A DNA stretch of 64,000 nt from Candidatus Anderseniibacteriota bacterium (GCA_016197005.1 JACPWO010000001.1:153134-217133); one strand, 5' to 3'; counted from the stretch's first letter, positions 36,670 through 48,310 are shown. The notes: generated by a model not told the origin, from the sequence alone. Made by a program: numbers and translations.

Positions 36670-37333
36670 TATCGAAATAGTCCCAGCTATTCTTCGAAAA
36701 ACATTTGAGGGAGTAGTGCTTGACTGGGAAAAAGTCAGGAGTGTCGCCGCTCACATTCAAATTGATGTAACTGATGGCATTTTTGCCGGTGATGGAACAT
36801 TTCGAGATATTGCCCGCCTAAAACAGTTACCAGAAAGCCAGAAAATAGAGCTGCACATGATGGTGCAACGCCCGGCTGATTACATGGAAGCAGTCATAGA
36901 TTTACTGCCGGCTCGCTGCATTTTTCACATTGAATCCTTCGCTGGGGGAGAAGATTTGGAAAGTCAGTACGAGATGTTACGGAACAGAACCAGCGGCACT
37001 GAGCTCGGGGTAGCCATTAATCCCGATAGCCCCAGCCAATACCTTGAAGAATACCTACATGTGACTGACTATGTTTTGTTTATGGGCTACAACCCGGGAT
37101 TTGCCGGACAAGTGGTGAATCCGATCGTCTTTAGTAAAATTGGCCAGTTTCGCGGCAAACACCCTGATATTCCCATCGCAGTTGATGGACACGTCGGCTT
37201 TGATACCGTCGAAGATTACGCCAAAGCTGGTGCCCGCATCCTGTATTCCAATTCCGCTATCTTTAAATCTGGTGATCCGCGAGAGAATATTCAGCAATTA
37301 AAATTAAAGGCTCAATCAGCAGTCCTTAAGTAA
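36653..37333 (+). CDS. rpe: Ribulose-phosphate 3-epimerase-like protein
   Basis: IQIDVTDGIFA, LHMMV, VLFMGYNPGFAGQ and IAVDGHV are collinear with the Rpe motifs. Confidence 0.7.
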   Translation: MKSHADIEIVPAILRKTFEGVVLDWEKVRSVAAHIQIDVTDGIFAGDGTFRDIARLKQLPESQKIELHMMVQRPADYMEAVIDLLPARCIFHIESFAGGEDLESQYEMLRNRTSGTELGVAINPDSPSQYLEEYLHVTDYVLFMGYNPGFAGQVVNPIVFSKIGQFRGKHPDIPIAVDGHVGFDTVEDYAKAGARILYSNSAIFKSGDPRENIQQLKLKAQSAVLK

Positions 37334-37372
37334 ACGTCGTGAGCTTTCATTGTTTTTGATATACTAAACGGA

Positions 37373-38227
37373 ATGAAGCGACTTACTGAGGAGGGGGATT
37401 TAATGCGCATGGCGACAACCGTGCGCAAAGATATCATTGAAATGCTGGTAAAAGCTGGCTCAGGTCACAGTGCTGGGCCACTTGATTTAGCAGATATTGC
37501 TGTCGCTCTGTATTTCAACATCCTCAATATTGATCCGAAGAAAAAAAATGATCCGGCACGTGATCGCCTGTATGTTTCTCCCGGCCATACTGCTCCGGTG
37601 TGGTATGCCACACTCGCACGAGCTGGATTTTTCCCGGTTGAGGAATTAAAGACGCTTCGTAAACTTGGCAGTCGCCTTCAAGGACATCTTGATCGCCTCA
37701 CCACACCCGGGGTAGAGAGCTCGGCAGCCAGTTTAGGTCAAGGACTTTCGATTGCCTGCGGTTGCGCGTACGCCGGTAAATTAAATCAGCTGGCGTACCA
37801 AACCTACTGCATTCTCTCTGACGGGGAACATGATGAAGGATCAGTGTGGGAGGCGATCTCTTTTGCTGGACATTACAAATTAGCGCACCTTACCGCAATA
37901 GTTGATCGTAATAACATTCAAATTGATGGACCAACTGAACAAGTGATGACAAAAGAACCACTACGGGAGCGATACGAGGCGTTCGGGTGGCACGTCATAG
38001 ATATTGATGGACATAACATGGAAGCAATTCTTGATGCCTGCAGTGAAGCCAAAGCAATAGTTGAAAAGCCGGTATGTATCATTGCTCACACCATTCCAGG
38101 TAAGGGCGTCGACTACATGGAATTTGATTACAAATGGCATGGCACTCCACCAGATAAGAAACAGGCCAGGGAGGCATTGAAACAACTGCGTACGCTTGGT
38201 GGGAAAATAGAATCTTCAGATATCTAA
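37373..38227 (+). CDS. Transketolase, N-terminal (thiamine diphosphate-binding) subunit
   Basis: GHSAGPLDLADIAVALYF, GHTAP and GSVWEA are present. It forms a split gene pair with the next ORF. Confidence 0.85.
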   Translation: MKRLTEEGDLMRMATTVRKDIIEMLVKAGSGHSAGPLDLADIAVALYFNILNIDPKKKNDPARDRLYVSPGHTAPVWYATLARAGFFPVEELKTLRKLGSRLQGHLDRLTTPGVESSAASLGQGLSIACGCAYAGKLNQLAYQTYCILSDGEHDEGSVWEAISFAGHYKLAHLTAIVDRNNIQIDGPTEQVMTKEPLRERYEAFGWHVIDIDGHNMEAILDACSEAKAIVEKPVCIIAHTIPGKGVDYMEFDYKWHGTPPDKKQAREALKQLRTLGGKIESSDI

Positions 38228-38229
38228 CT

Positions 38230-39222
38230 ATGCCTATACCTAAATCTGCACATCTTAAGAGAGACACCCTGAGCCCTGACATTGATCAAGTACCAACTCG
38301 TGACGGCTATGGTATTGGGTTGGTTGAGTTAGGAGAAGCAAATGAGGACGTCGTGGTTCTGTGTGGCGATCTATCTGAATCTACCCGCAGTAATAAATTC
38401 CAGGAAAAATTTCCTCGTCGGTTTATTCAAATGGGAGTAGCAGAACAAAACATGGCGGCCGTAGCAGTGGGACTTGCTCTTAATGGAAAAATTCCTTTCG
38501 TATCTACCTATGCCGTATTTTCTCCTGGTCGAAACTGGGATCAAATTCGTATTTCTGCATGTTATAACAACGCTAACGTAAAATTCGCTGGTGCCCACAC
38601 TGGCGTTTCCGTGGGTCCAGATGGCGCCACCCACCAAGCGCTGGAAGATATTGCCTTGACGCGTGTATTACCGCGCATGAAAGTATTTGCGCCGTGTGAC
38701 GTGGAAGAGGCCCGCAAAGTAATACACCTAGCGGCGCAACTTGAGGGGCCGATATATTTCCGCCTGTCCCGCGCTCCAACAGCTGCTTTCACCAGCGAGA
38801 AGACACCGTTTGCACCTGGCAAAGCGCCGGTATTTTACGACGGCAAGGATGTTGCCATTATTGCCGCTGGACCCATTCTGCATTCCGCTCTTCTGGCCGC
38901 TGACCGATTAATCGAGCGTGGAATATCCTGTCGGGTTATTAACGCCGTCAGTATTAAGCCCCTGGATGAAAAGACAATCCAAGATGCTGCTCGACAGTGC
39001 GGGGCAGTGGTGACATGCGAAGAACATCAAATATATGGTGGGCTGGGAAGTGCGGTCGCGGAGTTTCTTGCGACCACCCATCCGGTGCCAATAGAATTCG
39101 TCGGAATGAAAGATTCCTTTGGAGAATCGGGTACGCCCGAACAGTTGCTCAAGAAATACAAAATGGACACTGAGGCAATTGTAGATGCAGTGCGCAGAGT
39201 TGTTCGTCGCAAACGGAGCTAA
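38230..39222 (+). CDS. Transketolase, C-terminal (pyrimidine-binding) subunit
   Basis: QMGVAEQNMAAVAVGLALNGKIPFVSTYAVF is the Pyr-binding signature, followed by the C-terminal domain. Confidence 0.85.
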   Translation: MPIPKSAHLKRDTLSPDIDQVPTRDGYGIGLVELGEANEDVVVLCGDLSESTRSNKFQEKFPRRFIQMGVAEQNMAAVAVGLALNGKIPFVSTYAVFSPGRNWDQIRISACYNNANVKFAGAHTGVSVGPDGATHQALEDIALTRVLPRMKVFAPCDVEEARKVIHLAAQLEGPIYFRLSRAPTAAFTSEKTPFAPGKAPVFYDGKDVAIIAAGPILHSALLAADRLIERGISCRVINAVSIKPLDEKTIQDAARQCGAVVTCEEHQIYGGLGSAVAEFLATTHPVPIEFVGMKDSFGESGTPEQLLKKYKMDTEAIVDAVRRVVRRKRS

Positions 39223-39722
39223 TGGCCGCCACTTCATCAAAAATTATTGCTAGCCTTCTTGCTTTAGCCGTCATTGCCGGTATTCTCGGCGCACAGTGGC
39301 TATCAAAGCGCGATGCCCAAATTGTCGATGAACCAATTGCCAATGTTCAAACTATCATTACGGAAATTCTACTGGCTCGTCTGGCCGATCCAACGCAACG
39401 TGAAGAGCCTAATCCCGTCTTAACCAGAGAGCTACGGTATACTACCGCTGATCTACTGGCTCTGCGCGTAACTACTCGTCCAGATATTATCCAACCAATC
39501 CAGATAGGCGCCCGGCTCCTCACTCCTGAAGGACGTATCGTCGAACTTGATCCGCCCTCAATGACGCTCGCACCCGGACAAAGTACGTTTTGCTGTTGGC
39601 AGGTAGCAGAACCGGCAATATATACGCTGCAACTTTTCCGACCCGAGGGAATCGTGAGTACGATTCCGCTTGAAGTAAGAAAAGCACCAACGACGACTGT
39701 TCCAAAAGCAAATCTCTTTTAA
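39222..39722 (+). CDS. Hypothetical membrane-anchored protein
   Basis: An N-terminal TM segment is present. Confidence 0.4.
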   Translation: MAATSSKIIASLLALAVIAGILGAQWLSKRDAQIVDEPIANVQTIITEILLARLADPTQREEPNPVLTRELRYTTADLLALRVTTRPDIIQPIQIGARLLTPEGRIVELDPPSMTLAPGQSTFCCWQVAEPAIYTLQLFRPEGIVSTIPLEVRKAPTTTVPKANLF

Positions 39723-39969
39723 TATGTTTGTCGAAAAACAAGCTAGTCGGTTCTCGCGAAGTCACCGCCAGAAGGTGCAGCTTATAACCTTGCTAGTGCT
39801 GCTGGTCATTCTCTGTTTAGATAGGTTGTACTGAACCATATTACAACATCAAAGTGATCACTACACAAGAGCCGCTGCTCTTGACAATACGACTATTGTT
39901 TCTACACTCTTTTATATAGAAATATTTCTGGCCCGCCTCTCGCGGGCTTTCTTAATGTCTTAATTACGT

Positions 39970-40290
39970 ATGGATACATTACTTACGAAAGTGAAATCCG
40001 TTGAAGCGGAAGCGGCAAAAATGATTGAAGCCTTACAGCAGGCAGAGCATGCCAAGCTTGCCTCGCTGCGGTCAGCAGAAGAAACCGTTATTGAAGAAAC
40101 ACGCCAGGAGGCGGAAAAGGAAGCTCGCGCAATTGTGAAGGAAAAAATGGATACTATGACTGACGAGGTAAACACGATTAAGCAGCAAAGCGAGGGGGCT
40201 ACGCGCGCTGTACATGAAGCGGCGGAAAAGAATCGAAAGGATGTACTAACCCTTTCTCATAACCTATTTAAGAAAGAATACAACGTATGA
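39970..40290 (+). CDS. atpH: V/A-type ATPase small coiled-coil subunit (subunit H/G-like)
   Basis: It is the first gene of the operon. It is about 100 aa and reads as a charged coiled coil. Confidence 0.5.
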   Translation: MDTLLTKVKSVEAEAAKMIEALQQAEHAKLASLRSAEETVIEETRQEAEKEARAIVKEKMDTMTDEVNTIKQQSEGATRAVHEAAEKNRKDVLTLSHNLFKKEYNV

Positions 40291-42266
40291 TAACCCCGAT
40301 GACGAAAATCCAGATTGCTGTTCCTCGAAAAGACAAGGAGGCATTATTGCAATTCCTCCAGGAAGAAGAAGTAATCCATATTGCTGAAAACGAAGAGTCA
40401 GCTCCACCAATTGCCAGCGACACGGCTTACCAATTAGCTCAAGTACAATTCGGTCTTGAGTTTGTTGATCGTATTCGCCGACGACTTAATGAATACCCGA
40501 AGCGAAGTCTAAAAACGATGTTTTCCTCAAAACCAGCGGCTACCTTACCAGAGCTTGAATTACGCCTGAAGACAGTACGAAGTGCGGATCTGCTACTACA
40601 AATACAGAAAAGTAGTGATGAGTTGGTTGAACTCGATGGCAAAGTTACTGCCTTATCTCAGCACATTTCCAGCCTTACTCCTTGGCAAGCCTTACGACTT
40701 CGAGCGGAGGACTTGGGCATTACCGTGCCAGTTGAACACGCACTCGTTTCAATTATCACACACGAAGAGTCATATATTTACGACGAACTGAGTAATATTC
40801 CAACAAGCTTGTGGCAGGAAGTCGGCCGTATTCAAGAAGGTAAACAAGTACGATTATACGGAGAAGTTATTGTGCACAAAAAAGACGCTATCGCTCTCCA
40901 AAAGTTTCTCCAAATGCCTGGAGTTGAGCAAGTGGAACTGGCAATTAATGGCTCTACTTTTGCCGAGGAACTACAAAAACTGCGGAAGGGGAAAACGACG
41001 GCGGAGGAAAAAATCCAGCAGATCCTAAAAGGATCCCGACAGTTCTTAACGAAAGAAGACGATCTGAAATTCGCCTACGATGCGTTACTGCACCAACAGG
41101 AGCGAGAAAATGTCGAGCAACATATGGCAGTGATGGACCACTCGGTGGTACTTACCGGCTGGCTGCCAAAACCATGGCTCGCGAGTTTCAGCAAACGCAC
41201 CAGTGCTCGTATTGCCGACATTGCTATCTCAGAAGTACCACTCACTAAACAAGACATACCACCAGTAGCACTGACCAACCGCTCATCAATCCGTCCTTTT
41301 GAAGTTGTAACCAATATTTACGGCAAGCCCGCCTATCATGAAATTGACCCAACCCCAGCCTTATCCATCTTCTTCTTGTTAGCTTTTGGTTTGGCGCTAA
41401 CTGATGCAGGGTATGGCTTAGTAATGGTAGTTAGTATGTTTGCTGCCGAGCGTTTCTTCCGGCTTAAGAAAGAAATGCGAAAAATGGTTCGTCTCTTGTG
41501 TTATGGTGGTATTTCAACAACCATTCTTGGTGCACTTACCGGTGGCTGGTTCAGTATCGACCTAAATACACTGCCAGCTGGAACTATAAAGGATGTATTA
41601 CTAGGCATAAAGGTTATTGATCCAATTGCTCAACCTATGGTTCTCCTCGGAGTTGCGCTTGGTCTTGGTATTCTACAACTCCTGACTGCATGGGGTGTCC
41701 GCGGATATTACAACTGGAAACAAGGAGAAATTACAAAGGTACTAGTTGATGATCTTTCTTGGATTACGATGGTAGTTTTCCTCCTAGGATGGATTGCAGC
41801 AAAACAACAGATTATTCCCGCTGGAGAAGACTTGCTTCGCTGGGCAGCAATCGCGAATGCTACGTTTCTTGTCGTAACACAGGGTCGCTCATATAAAAAC
41901 CCTCTCCTTAAACTGGGATCCGGCGCAATCAGTTTGTACGGTCTCGTCAGCTTCTTATCTGATACCCTAAGCTACTCTCGTCTCTTAGCACTCGGTCTCG
42001 CAACCGGTATTATTGGGTTGGTTGTGAATCTAGTCGCCTCCCTGGCCTTTGAATCAGTACCAGTTGTTGGCATTCTTCTTGGTATCGGCGTGTTGCTTGT
42101 CGGACACATCTTCAATCTAGGCATTAATGCCCTGGGCGCATTCATTCATTCCGGTCGTCTGCAGTTCGTAGAATTCTTTCCGAAATTTATAGAAGGTGGG
42201 GGAGTACCATATATGCCTTTTGGACGAATCAGCCACTATGTTGATAATCCAAGGGAATTCGCTTAG
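40287..42266 (+). CDS. atpI: V/A-type ATPase subunit I (membrane a-subunit)
   Basis: A soluble N-terminal half of about 320 aa is followed by a polytopic C-terminal half. This matches the position and size of subunit I. Confidence 0.8.
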   Translation: MITPMTKIQIAVPRKDKEALLQFLQEEEVIHIAENEESAPPIASDTAYQLAQVQFGLEFVDRIRRRLNEYPKRSLKTMFSSKPAATLPELELRLKTVRSADLLLQIQKSSDELVELDGKVTALSQHISSLTPWQALRLRAEDLGITVPVEHALVSIITHEESYIYDELSNIPTSLWQEVGRIQEGKQVRLYGEVIVHKKDAIALQKFLQMPGVEQVELAINGSTFAEELQKLRKGKTTAEEKIQQILKGSRQFLTKEDDLKFAYDALLHQQERENVEQHMAVMDHSVVLTGWLPKPWLASFSKRTSARIADIAISEVPLTKQDIPPVALTNRSSIRPFEVVTNIYGKPAYHEIDPTPALSIFFLLAFGLALTDAGYGLVMVVSMFAAERFFRLKKEMRKMVRLLCYGGISTTILGALTGGWFSIDLNTLPAGTIKDVLLGIKVIDPIAQPMVLLGVALGLGILQLLTAWGVRGYYNWKQGEITKVLVDDLSWITMVVFLLGWIAAKQQIIPAGEDLLRWAAIANATFLVVTQGRSYKNPLLKLGSGAISLYGLVSFLSDTLSYSRLLALGLATGIIGLVVNLVASLAFESVPVVGILLGIGVLLVGHIFNLGINALGAFIHSGRLQFVEFFPKFIEGGGVPYMPFGRISHYVDNPREFA

Positions 42267-42312
42267 TGTAGAAAGTTATTAAATTATTTAACTCATAACT
42301 ACTTAAAAACAT

Positions 42313-42786
42313 ATGCCTTACGGAATACTTTTGGCACTGGCAGGCGCGGGTATCGCCGCAGTTCTTGCTGGAGTCGGTTCAATTCTTGGAGTGCGCACCG
42401 CTGGTCAAGCCAGCGCCGGTGTTGTATCTGAGGATCCAGATAAATTTGGTAAAGTTCTGTTGCTCACGGCCTTGCCGGGATCACAGGGAATTTACGGCTT
42501 CTTGGCCGCAATCATTATTGCTAATAAGATTGGTCTTCTAGCAGGAAACGTTGTCGACCTTACGGTTGGCCACGGTTGGCAAATCGTCGTGGCCGCATTG
42601 CCGGTCGGAATTACATGTTTGCTTTCTGCTCTCTATCAGGGACGGGTAGCTGCAGCTGCTGTTAACATCGTTGCTAAGAAACCTGAAGCTGCCGGTAAAG
42701 GTGTCATCTTGGCAGCAATCGTTGAGACATATGCAGTATTGGGTCTGCTCGTCACGATTCTACTCGTGAACGGTCTGACATTCTAG
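42313..42786 (+). CDS. atpK: V/A-type ATPase proteolipid subunit K (c)
   Basis: It is a 157-aa hydrophobic four-helix protein sitting between the I and E subunits. Confidence 0.75.
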   Translation: MPYGILLALAGAGIAAVLAGVGSILGVRTAGQASAGVVSEDPDKFGKVLLLTALPGSQGIYGFLAAIIIANKIGLLAGNVVDLTVGHGWQIVVAALPVGITCLLSALYQGRVAAAAVNIVAKKPEAAGKGVILAAIVETYAVLGLLVTILLVNGLTF

Positions 42787-42793
42787 TAACCTT

Positions 42794-43339
42794 ATGTCGT
42801 TCGAAGAGCTGCGAGAAGCGATTTTAAAAGAAGCTCAGCAAGAAGCTGAGCGAACTGCCGCGTCGCTAAAAAAGACAACTACAGCTGAACAAGACCGTAT
42901 TATTCAGCGAGCAAAAGCGCTCGAAGAGACTATCTTGCACAATGCCGAACTCGAGGGAGGACGACAGGCTCAACAACTACGACAGACGGTTGAGCTAGAG
43001 AGCAGGTCTCATGTCCTTGAAGGCAAAGAGGAAGAGCTTAAGAAAACGCAGCAAGTCTTCTTACAGGAGATACTCGTTCAAGATGGTGACGACCTCGTTG
43101 CCGCTCTTCTTACGCTTGTACCTGAAGAAGATGGTGTCATTACACCAGGAGAAAAACATGCCACGCTCGTCAAAAAGCTTGCGCGAGGCAAAAAAATTGC
43201 CGATGAAACTATTCCGAACGAGGGTGGGTTTATCTTCCGTGGTAAAACAACGGAACTCAACGTTACCACCAGTCACTTAGTTGAACGTCTCTTTAAAAAA
43301 CACCGAGCGCAGATTGCCTCGATGCTTTTTAGCTCCTAG
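42794..43339 (+). CDS. atpE: V/A-type ATPase subunit E
   Basis: Its size, coiled-coil N-terminus and operon position fit subunit E. Confidence 0.65.
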   Translation: MSFEELREAILKEAQQEAERTAASLKKTTTAEQDRIIQRAKALEETILHNAELEGGRQAQQLRQTVELESRSHVLEGKEEELKKTQQVFLQEILVQDGDDLVAALLTLVPEEDGVITPGEKHATLVKKLARGKKIADETIPNEGGFIFRGKTTELNVTTSHLVERLFKKHRAQIASMLFSS

Positions 43340-43344
43340 CTTCT

Positions 43345-44172
43345 ATGCCGCAGGCAGATATCCCTTACATTATTGGTGTTATCCGAGAGAAAGAAAAAGA
43401 ACTCTTGGAAGACGACGAGTATGTCCGCGTTATTGACGCGCCAACAATGAAAGAAGCATATCATGCACTGGCGGACACGCCGTACGGCATTCACCTGGCG
43501 CAACATCCGGATCCGAGTCGAGCACTACCAGGGCGGCTACTGACAGAATACGACTGGCTTAAGGAAATGCTTGGTGACAGCCACCCGATTATTACCTTCA
43601 TCTCCGCTCCCTATGACGCGCTGCACCTGGCCAGTGCCTTACTTGATCTGCCACAAACAACGCACTTTGGCAGCGGCGAGAAAAGACTCGGCACCATGAG
43701 TGACGAGCTCCTCACAACAACACTGTGGCATGATACTGCCTTTGATAGCATTCCTGAAGAATGGCGAGAATTTCTTAAAGAAAGTCGAAGCAAGAGCAAG
43801 CGAATGAAAACGGAGATCATTGAGAGTGTTCAAGCACAACTCATACACGTTATGCAAAACCTTGCCACCACGCCGCTAACACAAAAGCTTACGGAATTGT
43901 ATGCCAAGCGAATTGCAGAAGAAACGAGCATTCGACCGGACAACCTGCCGGAGGACCTTAGTAAATATGAACTCCAGCACGACAAAGTCGTGCTAGACGC
44001 CGTAAGACCTTGGAGAGCTGACCCAATTAACAGTGACGCTATTATCGCTTGGTGGTATGCCCTGGCAGTTGAAGTAAAGACCCTTCGTCTTCTTTTGTCT
44101 GCAAAAGCCAGTGGCTTTGCGCCTGAGCACCTACGAACACTCACTCGACCTGTATACCTACAAACTGTATGA
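43345..44172 (+). CDS. atpC: V/A-type ATPase subunit C
   Basis: Its position and size fit subunit C, and it is helical. Confidence 0.6.
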   Translation: MPQADIPYIIGVIREKEKELLEDDEYVRVIDAPTMKEAYHALADTPYGIHLAQHPDPSRALPGRLLTEYDWLKEMLGDSHPIITFISAPYDALHLASALLDLPQTTHFGSGEKRLGTMSDELLTTTLWHDTAFDSIPEEWREFLKESRSKSKRMKTEIIESVQAQLIHVMQNLATTPLTQKLTELYAKRIAEETSIRPDNLPEDLSKYELQHDKVVLDAVRPWRADPINSDAIIAWWYALAVEVKTLRLLLSAKASGFAPEHLRTLTRPVYLQTV

Positions 44173-44492
44173 GTACATCACAAGCAATTGCATACTTAGG
44201 ACCAGTTGGAGCCGGATTCGGCTTCCAGCTCGCTGGTATTTCCGTATACGAGTTTGAATCTGGTGGTACCATGCTGACGCGCCTCAAAAAACTTATAACT
44301 GAAGGCCGCACCGACATTTTATTTGTCGACGAACAGTTGGCCAGCGATCACCTCGACGCTATTGCACGACTTAACGAGAATCCTCGACCAGCAATTATCT
44401 TGCTGCCAAACCCGACCAATCCTCAACAGATCGCATCTACCAGTCTTCGGCGTATGATGGTGAGAGCTATTGGTTCAGATATTTTTTCCTAA
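44169..44492 (+). CDS. atpF: V/A-type ATPase subunit F
   Basis: It is 107 aa. IAYLGPVGAGFGFQLAGI is typical of subunit F. Confidence 0.65.
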   Translation: MSTSQAIAYLGPVGAGFGFQLAGISVYEFESGGTMLTRLKKLITEGRTDILFVDEQLASDHLDAIARLNENPRPAIILLPNPTNPQQIASTSLRRMMVRAIGSDIFS

Positions 44493-44513
44493 ATTATTAT
44501 TAACCTTCTGCAT

Positions 44514-46316
44514 ATGAAAAAGAATTTGATCAAAGGCACAATCGTGAAAATATCCGGACCACTAGTAACTGCCGACAATATGAGCGGTGCTAAAATGTTC
44601 GACGTTATTCAGGTTGGCCACCAGAATTTAGTTGGCGAGATTATTGAATTAAAAGAGGACACTGCCTCTATCCAGGTCTATGAGGAAACATCTGGTTTGA
44701 AACCAGGAGATCCGGTGGTCTCTACCGGTGAGGCACTATCGCTAACACTTGGGCCAGGAATGCTTAACTCCATTTATGATGGTATTCAACGGCCACTCGA
44801 TGTAGTACGAGACCAAGTTGGCGCTTTTATTACGCGCGGTGTTCAAGCTGATCCACTTAATATTGAGACGCAGTGGGAATTCACTCCGGTTATAGAGGCA
44901 GGAAGTCAGGTAAACGGTGGTGATATCTTGGGCACCGTGAAGGAACAAGGCATTTTTGATCATAAAATCATGGTATCGCCGACTTTATCGGGAACACTGA
45001 AGACTATTGAGACCGGAAGCTTTACGGTTCGGGAGACAATTGCGACTATCGTGGACGCAGACGGTACGGAGCACGCAGTTACCCTCGCACAACGGTGGCC
45101 GATCCGCCGACCGCGACCTGTCCGTGAAAAATTAATTCCAACGATTCCACTTTTGACCGGACAACGCGTTATTGACACCTTCTTTCCAATTGCGAAAGGT
45201 GGCACTGCTGCTATTCCTGGGCCATTCGGATCAGGTAAATCCGTAACACAGCAACAGCTGGCTAAATGGTCTGATGCTGACATTATTGTGTACATCGGTT
45301 GCGGTGAGCGAGGAAATGAGATGACGGACGTACTCCTTGAGTTCCCAGAATTAGAAGATCCTCGAACTGGCCAAGCCCTCATGAAGCGCACCATTTTAAT
45401 TGCGAATACTTCAAATATGCCCGTGGCGGCTCGTGAAGCGTCGGTATACACGGGTATGACGATGGCTGAATACTACCGAGATATGGGATATTCCGTGGCA
45501 CTGATGGCAGATTCCACTTCTCGTTGGGCAGAAGCATTGCGCGAAATGTCTGGTCGTCTCGAGGAAATGCCAGGCGATGAAGGCTATCCAGCTTATCTTG
45601 GCTCTCGCACAGCTCAGTTTTACGAACGAGCAGGAATTGCCAGACTCCTCGGTTCGGATGACCGCGTAGGATCACTTACTGCTATTGGTGCCGTTAGCCC
45701 TCCTGGTGGTGACTTGTCTGAACCAGTTACGCAAAACACACTGTCCGTAGTAAAAGTATTCTGGGGCCTTGAAGAACGATTGGCATATCGCCGTCACTAT
45801 CCAGCTATTAACTGGCTCACCAGCTATACCTTGTACGGCGAGCAACTTGCACCATTCTTCCAAAAAGAAGCCAGCGAACAATGGGCGATTATGCGTACGA
45901 GGGCAATGGAAATCTTGCAGAAGGAAGCAGCTTTAGAAGAAATTGTTCGTTTAGTTGGTGTTGAGGCGCTATCAAAGGAAGAGCAGATTCTCTTGCATGT
46001 TGCTCGCATCATCCGCGAAGACTTCTTGCAGCAAAATGCCTTCGACAAAGTAGACACCTACACTTCTCTTAAGAAACAGGGACGGCTCCTGAGCAGTATT
46101 ATTCGCCTGTACGACTTAGCTTTAGCACGCCTTAAGGAAGTAGAACTAGAAGTAGCAGATTTCCTTGGGCTATCTGTACTGTCGGAAATTGCTCAGGCGA
46201 AGTTCATTCCGGAAGAAGAAGTTCAGAAGAAATATGACGAGCTAGACAAGAAGATTGCCACTGACGTTCAGAGTCTTACTGGCGATCCAGTTAAAAAAGA
46301 GGCAGTAGCCGCTTAA
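44514..46316 (+). CDS. atpA: V/A-type ATPase catalytic subunit A
   Basis: GPFGSGKSV is the Walker A motif. The protein is 600 aa and carries the non-homologous insert region typical of A subunits. Confidence 0.9.
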   Translation: MKKNLIKGTIVKISGPLVTADNMSGAKMFDVIQVGHQNLVGEIIELKEDTASIQVYEETSGLKPGDPVVSTGEALSLTLGPGMLNSIYDGIQRPLDVVRDQVGAFITRGVQADPLNIETQWEFTPVIEAGSQVNGGDILGTVKEQGIFDHKIMVSPTLSGTLKTIETGSFTVRETIATIVDADGTEHAVTLAQRWPIRRPRPVREKLIPTIPLLTGQRVIDTFFPIAKGGTAAIPGPFGSGKSVTQQQLAKWSDADIIVYIGCGERGNEMTDVLLEFPELEDPRTGQALMKRTILIANTSNMPVAAREASVYTGMTMAEYYRDMGYSVALMADSTSRWAEALREMSGRLEEMPGDEGYPAYLGSRTAQFYERAGIARLLGSDDRVGSLTAIGAVSPPGGDLSEPVTQNTLSVVKVFWGLEERLAYRRHYPAINWLTSYTLYGEQLAPFFQKEASEQWAIMRTRAMEILQKEAALEEIVRLVGVEALSKEEQILLHVARIIREDFLQQNAFDKVDTYTSLKKQGRLLSSIIRLYDLALARLKEVELEVADFLGLSVLSEIAQAKFIPEEEVQKKYDELDKKIATDVQSLTGDPVKKEAVAA

Positions 46317-46332
46317 CTTTTAGAAGACCTTT

Positions 46333-47712
46333 ATGCTTAAAGAATACAAAACAACAACAGAGGTTACAGGACCACTCCTTATCGTTAATAAGGTAAGCGG
46401 AGTGGCATATGACGAGTTGGTAGAAGTTGAGCTGCCAAGCAAAGAGATTCGTCGCGGCAAGGTACTCGAAATTGATGGTGATACTGCCGTTATTCAGATG
46501 TTTGAAGGAACTTCTGGTCTTGATGTCCCAAATACCAAAGTTCGTTTTCAGGGAGACGTCCTCAAACTTCCTGTATCCCGCGACCTCCTTGGTCGAACCT
46601 TTTCTGGATCGGGAACCCCCATCGACGGTCAGCCAGCTATTGTCCCCGACGAAGAGCGAGATATTAATGGTGCCCCGATTAATCCAGCTGCGCGCGCCTA
46701 TCCTGACGACTTCATTCAAACCGGTATATCAACCATCGATGGCATGAACACATTGGTGTTGGGTCAGAAACTCCCAATCTTCTCCGGCGCTGGGTTGCCA
46801 CACAACCAATTGGCAGCACAAATTGCTCGTCAGGCTACTGTGCCATCAGCTGCGGGCAAGATTGAATTTGCCATCGTATTTGCGGCTATGGGGATTACCT
46901 TTGAGGAAGCAAAATTCTTTATCAACGACTTTACCAATCGTGGCGCTATTGAACGCTCAGTGCTGTTTATTAACCTCGCTGATGACCCAGCCGTAGAACG
47001 TATTGCTACCCCACGCATGGCCCTAACTGCTGCCGAATACTTGGCCTACAACCAGCACATGCACGTGCTCGTTATCATGACGGATATGACAAAGTACGCT
47101 GATGCCTTGCGTGAAATCTCTTCTGCTCGCCGAGAGGTGCCGGGACGACGAGGATATCCTGGGTATCTGTATTCTGATTTAGCAACTTTGTACGAACGAG
47201 CCGGAAGAATTCAAGGAGAAGAAGGTTCCATTACGCAGCTACCTATTCTCTCTATGCCAGAAGACGACAAAACCCATCCGATCCCTGACCTTACCGGGTA
47301 TATCACCGAAGGACAGATTGTATTGAATCGTGACCTCTACCAGAAGGGAACATACCCACCGGTCCAAGTACTAGGCTCGCTGTCACGCCTCATGCCAAAA
47401 GGTATTGGCGAAGGTAAAACTAGAGAGGATCATTCCGGCGTAGCTAACCAGCTATTTGCTTCCTATGCCCGCGGACAGGAAGTGCGAGACCTGGCCACCA
47501 TCTTAGGCGAAGCGGCTTTGTCAGCAACAGATAAAAAATATTTGGAATTCGTAAAACGCTTTGAAGAAGAATTTGTAAAGCAGGGCCGTGAAGTAAACCG
47601 GACCATTGAAGACACCTTGAGTATCGGTTGGAAGCTACTGTCAATTCTGCCGAAGAGTGAGCTGAAGCGTGTTAAACCAGAGCACATAGGTAAGTATGGC
47701 CAGTCGAGTTAA
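46333..47712 (+). CDS. atpB: V/A-type ATPase subunit B
   Basis: It is 459 aa, has a degenerate P-loop, and is collinear with B subunits. Confidence 0.9.
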   Translation: MLKEYKTTTEVTGPLLIVNKVSGVAYDELVEVELPSKEIRRGKVLEIDGDTAVIQMFEGTSGLDVPNTKVRFQGDVLKLPVSRDLLGRTFSGSGTPIDGQPAIVPDEERDINGAPINPAARAYPDDFIQTGISTIDGMNTLVLGQKLPIFSGAGLPHNQLAAQIARQATVPSAAGKIEFAIVFAAMGITFEEAKFFINDFTNRGAIERSVLFINLADDPAVERIATPRMALTAAEYLAYNQHMHVLVIMTDMTKYADALREISSARREVPGRRGYPGYLYSDLATLYERAGRIQGEEGSITQLPILSMPEDDKTHPIPDLTGYITEGQIVLNRDLYQKGTYPPVQVLGSLSRLMPKGIGEGKTREDHSGVANQLFASYARGQEVRDLATILGEAALSATDKKYLEFVKRFEEEFVKQGREVNRTIEDTLSIGWKLLSILPKSELKRVKPEHIGKYGQSS

Positions 47713-48310
47713 TCCAACTCGCATGGAGCTGCTGCGCTCCAAGAAACGCAGCACACTCGCTAAGAAAGGACACAAACTGCTTAAAGACAAGCGCGATGGT
47801 CTTATGCAGGAGTTTATGAAGATCGTCCGGGAAGCACGGCAGCTACGTGATCAAGTTGATGCCAAGCTGGCTGAGGCAATGCAACATTTCGTATTGGCGC
47901 AAAGCACTATGCTGCCAGAAGCAGTGGCGCTGGTTCGACGTCTAAAGCCTTATGGTATTGAGCTATCGGTAGCCGAGAAGAACGTGATGGGCGTACGCAT
48001 TCCTGAATTTGACATTACCCTGACTGAGACTGATGAAAAATACAGCAATTGGGAAACGTCCGTCGAACTTGATGCCGCCATGAAGCTATTCCGCGATCTG
48101 TTGCCGCTATTACTCAAGCTGGCCTCGATTGAAAAAGCAGCTGAACTGCTGGCGCAGGAAATTGAACGGACGAGACGGCGAGTAAATGCGCTTGAGTATG
48201 TCTTAATTCCACAACTCAAGGACACAATAAAATACATTCGCATGAAACTCGATGAGCAGGAGCGGTCCGCCATTATCACCAGCATGGCACTGAAGGAAAA
48301 ATTAGACTAA
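47696..48310 (+). CDS. atpD: V/A-type ATPase subunit D
   Basis: [29 protein letters not shown] is the hallmark of subunit D. Confidence 0.85.
   Translation: MASRVNPTRMELLRSKKRSTLAKKGHKLLKDKRDGLMQEFMKIVREARQLRDQVDAKLAEAMQHFVLAQSTMLPEAVALVRRLKPYGIELSVAEKNVMGVRIPEFDITLTETDEKYSNWETSVELDAAMKLFRDLLPLLLKLASIEKAAELLAQEIERTRRRVNALEYVLIPQLKDTIKYIRMKLDEQERSAIITSMALKEKLD

Noticed and set aside
39931-39953. Hairpin plus T-run 17 nt before the ATPase operon start
   Set aside because: It is more likely the terminator of the upstream 39222..39722 transcription unit than an attenuator. No leader peptide is evident.
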